Assembly: GCA_050014195.1 (NCBI GenBank)
Contig: JBEKDT010000001.1
Coordinates: 192,001-256,000 of the forward strand
Source: Desulfomonilia bacterium
GTDB lineage: Bacteria > Desulfobacterota > Desulfomonilia > UBA1062
Length of the DNA: 64,000 bases
Direction of reading: 5' to 3'
Shown here: positions 31,242 to 39,258 of the stretch, one piece after another
Numbering within the stretch: the first letter of the stretch is position 1
How the letters are laid out: every line of letters starts with the position of its first letter
The notes under the pieces: model-generated
Told to the model about the DNA's origin: nothing
Databases searched by the model: none
What the model saw: the letters and a program-made list of their open reading frames with translations, nothing else
Program-made: the position numbers and the translations under genes

Positions 31242-31299
31242 AACACGATTGCAGACATACATGAGCGCAAGAACAGACAACTCAGGAGGACAAGAAAAA

Positions 31300-32610
31300 A
31301 TGAAAGTGAATAATAAATCACTCGGTGAATTACGGAGCACGGTCATGGCAAAGGGGTTTGCCAGCGGCAAACCCATATATATCGCATCGGCCAAAGGGGC
31401 AATGCTCTATGATGTGGAAGGGAACGAATACATCGACTTCGGCGGCGGCATTGCAGTCATGAACGTGGGGCACTCCAACCCGAAGGTGGTGAAGGCCATC
31501 CAAAATCAGGCCGAGAAATTCACCCATACCTGCTTCATGGTCACACCCTATGAGGTCGCAGTGAAACTGGGCGCAAAGCTCTGCAAGATCGTCCCCGGCA
31601 GGACCCCGAAGCGCGCAATCCTCATCAACAGCGGCGCCGAGGCCGTTGAGAACACGGTCAAGATCGCCCGCTACTACACCAAGAAACAGGGTATTGTCGT
31701 CCTGGATCATGCCTTCCACGGCAGGACGCTCTTATGCATGACCATGACCAGCAAGGTGAAGCCCTACAAGTGGGGGTTCGGACCCTTTGCACCGGAAGTC
31801 TACAAAATCCCGAATGCCTACTGCTACCGCTGTCCCTTCGGGCTTACCTACCCCAAGTGTGATTGTGCCTGTGCTGATTATCTGAAGGACTTCTTCGGCA
31901 GGATCGCTCCCGATATGATAGCCGCTGTAGTGGCGGAGCCTGTGCAGGGTGAAGGCGGCTTCATCACACCGCCCAAGGAATATTTCCCCAAGCTCGCCAA
32001 GATCTGCAAGGACAACGGCATCCTCTTCATAGCCGACGAGATCCAGTCAGGCATGGGCAGAACGGGCAAGCAGATGTTCGCCATTGAGCACTGGGGCGTA
32101 GAGCCCGATCTGATCACCGTTGCCAAGAGTCTGGCAGCCGGCTTGCCGCTAAGCGCTGTTGTCGGCAAGCAAGAGATCATGGATTCGGTACATGCGGGCG
32201 GCATCGGCGGCACCTACGGCGGCAACCCGGTGTGCTGCGCGGCAGCCCTGGCGGTCCTTGAGGTGTACGAGGAAGAGAAACTGCTCGACAAGAGCGAAAG
32301 GCTCGGCAAGAAGCTCAGGAAGTACTTCCATGAGCTCAAGGCCAAGCACGAGATCATCGGCGATGTGAGGGGCTTAGGTCCAATGCTGGCGTTAGAGCTG
32401 GTCAAGGACCGCAAGACCAAGAAGCCTGCACCTGATGAGACTGCGGCCGTTGTGAAGTATGCCTTTGAGAAGGGATTGAACATCCTGTCCTGCGGCCAGT
32501 ACAGCAACGTCATCCGCACCATGATGCCGCTGGTTATAACCGATGAGCAGGTGGCCAAAGGGGTATCCATCCTCGATGACGCATTTGCTTCACTGAAAAA
32601 GAAGAAATAA
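31300..32610 (+). CDS. gabT: 4-aminobutyrate:2-oxoglutarate aminotransferase
   Basis: IDFGGGIAVMNVGH, FTHTCFMV, NSGAEAVEN, FHGRT, EPVQGEGG, DEIQSG, AKS, GGTYGGNP; AGGAGG RBS before ATG 31300. Confidence 0.92.
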   Translation: MKVNNKSLGELRSTVMAKGFASGKPIYIASAKGAMLYDVEGNEYIDFGGGIAVMNVGHSNPKVVKAIQNQAEKFTHTCFMVTPYEVAVKLGAKLCKIVPGRTPKRAILINSGAEAVENTVKIARYYTKKQGIVVLDHAFHGRTLLCMTMTSKVKPYKWGFGPFAPEVYKIPNAYCYRCPFGLTYPKCDCACADYLKDFFGRIAPDMIAAVVAEPVQGEGGFITPPKEYFPKLAKICKDNGILFIADEIQSGMGRTGKQMFAIEHWGVEPDLITVAKSLAAGLPLSAVVGKQEIMDSVHAGGIGGTYGGNPVCCAAALAVLEVYEEEKLLDKSERLGKKLRKYFHELKAKHEIIGDVRGLGPMLALELVKDRKTKKPAPDETAAVVKYAFEKGLNILSCGQYSNVIRTMMPLVITDEQVAKGVSILDDAFASLKKKK

Positions 32611-32710
32611 CGAGGGCGCATATTGAACCTGCCCTTTTTACGGCTACTATACTAAAGAAGTAAGTTCCCGTAAGGGGAATGAGTACAAACAAAACTAAAG
32701 GGGGAGTTAT

Positions 32711-33982
32711 ATGAACAAGAGGACTTTCTGGCGTAATTATCTGAGTATCGTGGTTTTCGCTCTTACCTGCGCGCTGGTCTTCATATCAGGTACATCGGTG
32801 CTGGCAGCAGGAGCGAAAGAGGTTAAGATCGGCAATATCCTGCCGCTTTCAGGGCCGTCCGCTTCGGTGGGTGAACAGAACAAGAGGGCCATCGAACTGG
32901 CCACCGAGTACATCAATAAGGCCGGCGGCATCAAGTCATTGGGCGGCGCCAAGCTCGTAAACATCTTCACGGACAGCAAGGGCGATCCGACCGTGGGTGT
33001 ATCCGCTGCAGAACAGCTCATCAACTCCGATAAGGTCAGCCTCATCTCCGGCTGCTGGAACTCGGCGGTCACCTATCCGTCCACCCAGGTTGCAGAGCGC
33101 TATCAGGTTCCATTCTTGGTCCCCGTCTCTGTAGCAGACAAGATCACGGAACGCGGCTTCAAGTACACCTTCCGCATCGCTGCAAAAGACAGCTGGTGGG
33201 CCCGTGACCAGTTCCGGTTCCTCGAGGACATGAAGAAGGCACATGGAACAAAACTCGAGACCATCGCCTTTGTCTATGAGAATGGCGACTGGGGAACCGG
33301 GATGGAGAAGCAGTGGGATATACTCGCCAAGCAGTACGGCTACAAGGTCGTCCTTGATGAGCCCTATCCCAGCACAGCGTCCGACCTGACCCCTGTGGCC
33401 ATGAAGATCAAGACCGCAAAGCCCGATGTCATCCTTTTAACCTCCAATGCGGCTGACGCCATCCTGCTGACCAACACTATGGCCACCATGAAGGTGAAGG
33501 CAAAGGCCATCATCGGCACAGGTGGCGGCCATGCCGACCCCATGTTCCGGAAGAACACTGCAAAGAACTGCGAGTACATGTTTGACGTGGTAGAGTGGGA
33601 GACCGACCTCGGCAGGCCGGAAATCCCGAAGCTCAATGCCGAGTTCAAGAAGCGCAACGGCTATGACCTGGCAGGGGAATCTGTTGATGCCTTTGCATCG
33701 GTCTACGTAATCGCAGATGCCCTGGAGCGTGCGAAATCCACCGATCCGAAAAAGATCAGGGATGCCCTGGCCACCACAAAACTCTGCCAGGGACCCAAGG
33801 CCCCGCTCGGCATCAACATCCTCTCGTATCCCTGCATTGGGTTTGACGAGACCGGCCAGAACAAAGAGGCAGGTATTGTGCTTGTCCAGTTCCGTGATGT
33901 CAAGGGAACCATGGAGCGCGTAACGGTGTGGCCGATCCCCGCAGCAAGGAAGGGAGTCAAGGCTGTATTCCCCATGCCGTAA
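32711..33982 (+). CDS. Liv-type (HAAT) ABC transporter substrate-binding protein
   Basis: Signal peptide; KIGNILPLSG, INKAGGI motifs; first gene of a complete ABC set. Confidence 0.92.
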   Translation: MNKRTFWRNYLSIVVFALTCALVFISGTSVLAAGAKEVKIGNILPLSGPSASVGEQNKRAIELATEYINKAGGIKSLGGAKLVNIFTDSKGDPTVGVSAAEQLINSDKVSLISGCWNSAVTYPSTQVAERYQVPFLVPVSVADKITERGFKYTFRIAAKDSWWARDQFRFLEDMKKAHGTKLETIAFVYENGDWGTGMEKQWDILAKQYGYKVVLDEPYPSTASDLTPVAMKIKTAKPDVILLTSNAADAILLTNTMATMKVKAKAIIGTGGGHADPMFRKNTAKNCEYMFDVVEWETDLGRPEIPKLNAEFKKRNGYDLAGESVDAFASVYVIADALERAKSTDPKKIRDALATTKLCQGPKAPLGINILSYPCIGFDETGQNKEAGIVLVQFRDVKGTMERVTVWPIPAARKGVKAVFPMP

Positions 33983-34041
33983 GGAAATAATCTAAGTTGA
34001 AGTGAAAGGAAAGAATATCTCAAAGGAGTAATCGTGGAAAA

Positions 34042-34066
34042 GCCGGGCCCCTTCAAGGAGCCCGGC
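34042..34066 (+). terminator. GC-rich hairpin after the binding-protein gene (attenuator or mRNA-stabilising stem)
   Basis: GCCGGGC-CCCTTCAAGGA-GCCCGGC; no U-tract. Confidence 0.5.
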
Positions 34067-34097
34067 CCCCCACGACCAAATCAAAAACGAGGTCACC

Positions 34098-34982
34098 ATG
34101 GACGTTATTATTCAGGCAATCATAAACGGGGTCATGTCCGGCTCATACTATGGTCTTGCAGCGCTTGGCCTCACGCTCGTATTCGGGGTCATCAAGGTCA
34201 TCAACTTCGCCCACGGGTCTCTCCTGATGGTGGGCATGTTCACCGCATACTGGATCGTGATGCTAACCGGATGGAATCCCTATGCAGCCCTTTTCCTGGT
34301 AGTGCCCATGCTCTTCATCTTCGGGTATGCGCTGCAGGGCATCGTGATCAAGCCGATCCTTGAGGCCCAGCGTGAGGTCAGGGAGCCCGTCGAGGTCATC
34401 ATCGTGACAACGGGCGTGTGGTACATCCTTGACAATCTGGCCCTCATGTCCTTCGGCGCCGAGTATCGGGTTGTGCAGACGAGCATGTCCGGCCAAATCT
34501 TCATGTTAGGCGACTACATCTTTCCCAAAGCGCAGACCTATGGATTGATTACGACAATCGTCACCTCTGGTCTTCTGCTCTGGTTCCTCAAATACACCAG
34601 GATGGGAAAATCCATCAGGGCCGCCTCCCTTGACCGTGATGCAGCAAGCCTCATGGGGATCAATCAGTACCGTGTCTACAATATAGCCTTCGGTATAGGG
34701 GCCGCCATCGCAGGGATCGTTGGATGCGTCTTAATTCCTTTCTACTATGTGTTTCCCTCGGTGGGGGTCGTCTTTGATGTGAAGTGTTTCATCATCGTGG
34801 TCTTGGGAGGTCTGGGCAGCATCCCCGGGGCACTCATCGGCGGTCTAATTATCGGGCTCATCGAGTCCATCTTCGCCCAGTACATGGCCTCCACGTGGAC
34901 AGAGCTCATCGTCTATGTGGTGTTCCTGGCAGTGCTGTTTATCAGACCGGCCGGCCTCTTTGGTGAGAAGAGGGATTGGTAA
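34098..34982 (+). CDS. livH: HAAT ABC permease (LivH-like)
   Basis: GLTLVFGVIKVINFAHG, VLGGLGSIPG, RPAGLFG. Confidence 0.92.
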   Translation: MDVIIQAIINGVMSGSYYGLAALGLTLVFGVIKVINFAHGSLLMVGMFTAYWIVMLTGWNPYAALFLVVPMLFIFGYALQGIVIKPILEAQREVREPVEVIIVTTGVWYILDNLALMSFGAEYRVVQTSMSGQIFMLGDYIFPKAQTYGLITTIVTSGLLLWFLKYTRMGKSIRAASLDRDAASLMGINQYRVYNIAFGIGAAIAGIVGCVLIPFYYVFPSVGVVFDVKCFIIVVLGGLGSIPGALIGGLIIGLIESIFAQYMASTWTELIVYVVFLAVLFIRPAGLFGEKRDW

Positions 34983-34999
34983 GAAAGGAGACAACGAAG

Positions 35000-36034
35000 A
35001 TGAATGCTTCGTCAAAAAGAAAAACCATCGATACCATACTGAAGATCGTATTGGCCGGCATCGTATTCACGCTGCCGCTGTGGATGACGAGCCCCACCTA
35101 TCTCCAGATCCTCATTCTGCTGTTCTTCTACGCCTACCTTACCACCTGCTGGAACCTGGTTGGCGGCTTTGCCGGGGTACTGCCGCTGGGGCATTCCGCC
35201 TATGTCGGGATCGGTGCATATACCTCCACGGTCCTGTTCATGACCTACGGGTTAAGCCCCTGGCTTGGTATGTTCGTCGGGGGGATCCTGGCAGCCATCG
35301 TGGGCCTGATCATCGGCATACCGACACTGAAGCTCCGGGGTGCATACTTCGCGCTCTCCACCATGGCCTTTGGTGAAGGGGTGCGGGTGCTGGTGGAGAA
35401 CACCATGAAACTCGGGCCCTTCGAGATCAACGGCCCCCGGGGCATCAGCGTCCCCTTGAAGATGGGCACGCCCTTGGAAAACCTGATCAACTACCAGTTC
35501 GTGGACAAGCTCCCCTACTACTACATCATCCTCATTCTGCTGTGCATAGCGATCTTCGTCACCTGGTACGTTTCAAGAATCAGGCCAGGCTACTACATCA
35601 TCGCGGGCGGCGAAGAACCCGAGGCTGCGCAGGCTTTAGGCATAAACGTAGCAAGGTACAAGGAGATGTTCATGGCGCTGAGCTGCTTTCTCACGGCATT
35701 TGCCGGTACGTTCTATGCCCAGCTCAACTTATACTTCTTCCCCAAGGGGATCTTGAGCCTGGATTTCTCCTTCGAACTCGCGTTCATAGCACTCATCGGT
35801 GGCCGGGGCACCATCGCAGGCCCGGTCATTGGTGCGCTCCTGCTCAGGCCTGTGGGAGAATTCTCCCGGATCTACCTGAGCGCGGTCCTGCCGGGCCTCC
35901 ACCTGGTGATCTATGGGCTCATCCTGATCCTGGTCATGCTCTTCCAGCCCAGAGGATTGGTGGAGCCGCTGACAAGGTTCTACAACTGGATCCTCGACAA
36001 GCTGAGCGGTGAGAGAAAGGAGGTCAAGGCATAA
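35000..36034 (+). CDS. livM: HAAT ABC permease (LivM-like)
   Basis: WNLVGGFAG, LRGAYFAL, GGRGTIAGP, PRGL; AAGGAG RBS. Confidence 0.92.
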   Translation: MNASSKRKTIDTILKIVLAGIVFTLPLWMTSPTYLQILILLFFYAYLTTCWNLVGGFAGVLPLGHSAYVGIGAYTSTVLFMTYGLSPWLGMFVGGILAAIVGLIIGIPTLKLRGAYFALSTMAFGEGVRVLVENTMKLGPFEINGPRGISVPLKMGTPLENLINYQFVDKLPYYYIILILLCIAIFVTWYVSRIRPGYYIIAGGEEPEAAQALGINVARYKEMFMALSCFLTAFAGTFYAQLNLYFFPKGILSLDFSFELAFIALIGGRGTIAGPVIGALLLRPVGEFSRIYLSAVLPGLHLVIYGLILILVMLFQPRGLVEPLTRFYNWILDKLSGERKEVKA

Positions 36035-36035
36035 C

Positions 36036-36761
36036 ATGGCTTATCTCGAGATTAACAACGTATCAAAGCACTTCGGAGGACTGAAGGCCGTTGATGAAGT
36101 AAGCATAAAGATAGAGAAGGGCCAGATCTACGGCCTCATCGGGCCCAACGGCGCAGGCAAGTCGACCCTGTTCAACTGTGTGGCAGGAACATACGCCCCG
36201 ACCTCCGGCTCCATACTCTATCAAGGGGAAGACATCACGGGTTGGAAATCGTGGAACATCTGCAAGAAAAAGATCGCCCGCACCTTCCAGATCGTGAAGC
36301 CCTTCCAGACCAAAACAGTGCTCTACAATACCATGGTCGGTGCATTCATCAATACCGCAAGCACTTCGGAGGCTAAGGACAGGGCCATGGAGGTCCTCAA
36401 GCGGTTCCAGTTGGGCGATAAATGGAACGTGCAGGCTAAGAACCTCACCATTGCAGACCGCAAGCGCCTCGAGATCGCCCGGGCCATGGCCACAAAGCCG
36501 GATATGTTCCTTATGGATGAAAGCATGGCAGGGCTTCGCCCTAATGAGGTGGACGAGATGCTGGATGAGATACGGAAAATAAGGGACAGTGGTGTAACCA
36601 TCTTCATGATCGAACACATCATGCGGGCCATCATGTCGGTATCTGACAGAATCACGGTCATCCAGTTCGGCAAGAAGATTATGGACGGCACACCGCAGGA
36701 AGTATCGAAGGACGAGCGGGTCATCAAAGCATACCTGGGGGAAAGTTATGGCGCTGCTTGA
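36036..36761 (+). CDS. livG: HAAT ABC ATP-binding protein (LivG-like)
   Basis: GPNGAGKST, IARTFQ, MDE, IEH, KAYLG. Confidence 0.93.
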   Translation: MAYLEINNVSKHFGGLKAVDEVSIKIEKGQIYGLIGPNGAGKSTLFNCVAGTYAPTSGSILYQGEDITGWKSWNICKKKIARTFQIVKPFQTKTVLYNTMVGAFINTASTSEAKDRAMEVLKRFQLGDKWNVQAKNLTIADRKRLEIARAMATKPDMFLMDESMAGLRPNEVDEMLDEIRKIRDSGVTIFMIEHIMRAIMSVSDRITVIQFGKKIMDGTPQEVSKDERVIKAYLGESYGAA

Positions 36762-37458
36762 TATCAAAAACATCAACTGCTACTACGGCGATGTGCAGGT
36801 CATCTATGATGTGTCCATGCACATAGATGAAGGCGAGGTCATCAGCCTCATCGGTGCCAACGGCGCCGGTAAGTCCACCATGCTCAGGACCATATCCGGG
36901 CTCATGCGAGTTCGCTCCGGGGAGATCATCTTCGAGAACCAGCCCATCCACCATCTGCGCCCCGAAAAGATCGTGGAAAGGGGCATCATCCAGGTCCCTG
37001 AGGGGAGGAAGCTCTTCAGCCTCATGACAGTCCGCGAAAACCTGGATGTCGGGGCCCATAACTCCCGGGCTTACCCTCACCTGCAGGATACCCTCAAGGA
37101 CATCTACAAACTCCTGCCCCGGCTCGAAGAGCGGGAAAAACAGCAGGCCATAACGCTCTCCGGTGGCGAGCAGCAGATGGTGGCCATCGGCAGGGGCATG
37201 ATGGCCATGCCCAAGATCCTCATGATGGACGAACCATCTCTGGGACTGGCGCCGGTTCTCATCAAGGAGATCTTCACCACAATCCGCAAGATCGCAGACC
37301 AGGGGACCACGGTGCTCCTGGTGGAGCAGGATGTGCAGCACTCGCTGAATCTGTCGGACCGCGGGTACGTGCTGGAGCACGGACGTATCGTCATGGAAGG
37401 GAAAGGCAAGGAGCTCTTGGAGAATCCCAATATCCGGGAAGCATACCTCGGAATCTAG
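36748..37458 (+). CDS. livF: HAAT ABC ATP-binding protein (LivF-like)
   Basis: GANGAGKST, VPEGR, LSGGEQQM, DEPSLGLAP. Confidence 0.93.
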   Translation: MALLDIKNINCYYGDVQVIYDVSMHIDEGEVISLIGANGAGKSTMLRTISGLMRVRSGEIIFENQPIHHLRPEKIVERGIIQVPEGRKLFSLMTVRENLDVGAHNSRAYPHLQDTLKDIYKLLPRLEEREKQQAITLSGGEQQMVAIGRGMMAMPKILMMDEPSLGLAPVLIKEIFTTIRKIADQGTTVLLVEQDVQHSLNLSDRGYVLEHGRIVMEGKGKELLENPNIREAYLGI

Positions 37459-37510
37459 CAATGAAGGTGATCATGACACTGGATAGATACTCATAGCCCC
37501 TTTTCATATC

Positions 37511-37545
37511 GTTCCATCCATCCACCCCTCACGGATGGATGGAAC
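37511..37545. repeat. Perfect 13-bp inverted repeat between livF and gdhA
   Basis: GTTCCATCCATCC-ACCCCTCAC-GGATGGATGGAAC. Confidence 0.7.
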
Positions 37546-37732
37546 ACCCCCAATTCACCACGAAGCTTCTAAGAACAGGCAGGAAGAAGAGAGAGGTACA
37601 TGTGTGAGGGATAGTTCCATCATCACAGAGGTGAGACAATTTTCATAGGCGGATCAAGGTATAGCCGGGCTCACTTCGTGATTGAAAAATAAGGATGCCC
37701 TAAGACGAACGATAAAGGAGGATTCAAAAGTT

Positions 37733-39082
37733 ATGGAAGATTTTCTAAAGAAGTGTGAGGAATGCAACCCCGGGGAAAAGGAATTTCTCCAGGCTGTGAC
37801 TGAGGTTGTGAAGTCTGTAAAACCGGTCCTCGACAAACATCCCGAATACCGGAAGGAAAAGATCCTTGACCGGATGGTGGAGCCGGAGCGATTGGTCATC
37901 TTCAGAGTACCCTGGGTTGACGACAAGGGAGATGTACAGGTGAACCGTGGCTACCGCATCCAGATGAACAGTGCCATCGGCCCCTATAAGGGCGGGTTCA
38001 GGTTCCATCCTTCCGTTAACCTCTCCATACTCAAGTTCCTGGCCTTTGAACAGGTATTCAAGAACTCGCTCACAACCCTACCCATGGGCGGCGGCAAGGG
38101 CGGCTCCAACTTCGACCCCAAGGGCAAGTCCGACCGCGAGGTCATGAGATTCTGCCATAGCTTTATGAGCGAGATCTTCCGTCATGTCGGCCAGTTCACC
38201 GATGTCCCGGCAGGTGATATCGGCGTGGGTGCCCGAGAGATCGGGTATTTGTTCGGGATGTATAAGAAACTCAGGAACGAGTTTGTGGGTGTTCTTACCG
38301 GCAAAGGACTGAATTTCGGCGGTAGCCTCATCAGGCCCGAGGCCACCGGCTACGGCTCGGTCTACTTTGCGTCGGAAATGCTCTCGACCAAAAATCAGAC
38401 CCTTGAAGGCAAGCTATGCCTCGTCTCGGGCTCCGGCAACGTTGCACAGTACACCGTGGAAAAGATCCTGGATCTCGGCGGCAAGCCTGTGACCATGTCT
38501 GACTCCAACGGATACATCTACGACGAGGCGGGCATCAACAGAGAGAAACTCGCTTTCATTATGGAGCTCAAAAACATCCGCAGGGGCCGCATCAAAGAAT
38601 ATGCCGACAAATATAAGGGCGTGCTCTATACCCCGATCGATCCGGCGCAGGAGTTCAACCCCCTGTGGGACCACAAGGCCGACTGCGCATTCCCATCTGC
38701 CACCCAGAACGAGATCAACGGCAAGGATGCGGCAAACCTCATAAAGAACGGCGTCTACGTCGTGAGTGAAGGCGCCAATATGCCCACCACGCCTGACGGT
38801 GTCGAGATCTTCCTCGATCAGAAGATCCTTTATGGACCGGGCAAGGCTGCGAATGCAGGCGGCGTATCCGTGTCCGGACTGGAGATGACACAGAACAGCA
38901 TGCGCCTCAACTGGACAAGGGAAGAAGTGGACAACCGCTTAAGGATGATTATGAAGGCCATCCACAGTGCCTGTGTGAATGCCTCGACAACATACGGCTC
39001 TCCGGGAAACTATGTAAACGGGGCCAACATCGCGGGCTTCGTAAAGGTTGCCGATGCCATGATGGCCCAAGGTATCGTGTAA
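37733..39082 (+). CDS. gdhA: Glutamate dehydrogenase (GdhA, NADP-type family)
   Basis: GPYKGG.RFHPSV, GGGKGGSNFDPKG, DVPAGDIGVG, RPEATGYG, GSGNVA, GKAANAGGV; AAGGAGG RBS. Confidence 0.97.
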   Translation: MEDFLKKCEECNPGEKEFLQAVTEVVKSVKPVLDKHPEYRKEKILDRMVEPERLVIFRVPWVDDKGDVQVNRGYRIQMNSAIGPYKGGFRFHPSVNLSILKFLAFEQVFKNSLTTLPMGGGKGGSNFDPKGKSDREVMRFCHSFMSEIFRHVGQFTDVPAGDIGVGAREIGYLFGMYKKLRNEFVGVLTGKGLNFGGSLIRPEATGYGSVYFASEMLSTKNQTLEGKLCLVSGSGNVAQYTVEKILDLGGKPVTMSDSNGYIYDEAGINREKLAFIMELKNIRRGRIKEYADKYKGVLYTPIDPAQEFNPLWDHKADCAFPSATQNEINGKDAANLIKNGVYVVSEGANMPTTPDGVEIFLDQKILYGPGKAANAGGVSVSGLEMTQNSMRLNWTREEVDNRLRMIMKAIHSACVNASTTYGSPGNYVNGANIAGFVKVADAMMAQGIV

Positions 39083-39104
39083 GTAAAACGAATGAATGCA
39101 TGGG

Positions 39105-39136
39105 GCGGCGGTTCCTCTCGATAAGGGAACCGCCGC
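39105..39136 (+). terminator. Hairpin after gdhA
   Basis: GCGGCGGTTCC-N10-GGAACCGCCGC, 11-bp perfect stem, no U-tract. Confidence 0.6.
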
Positions 39137-39258
39137 GATAAATCATGTTGATACATGAGGAGGCCGGTGGACTAAAGAAAACTCCTTCGATTTCTTGCTT
39201 GATTCTGCAATGGCTGTATGATGAACCTAAAGACAGCACCATGGTTGTGGGGGGTTCC

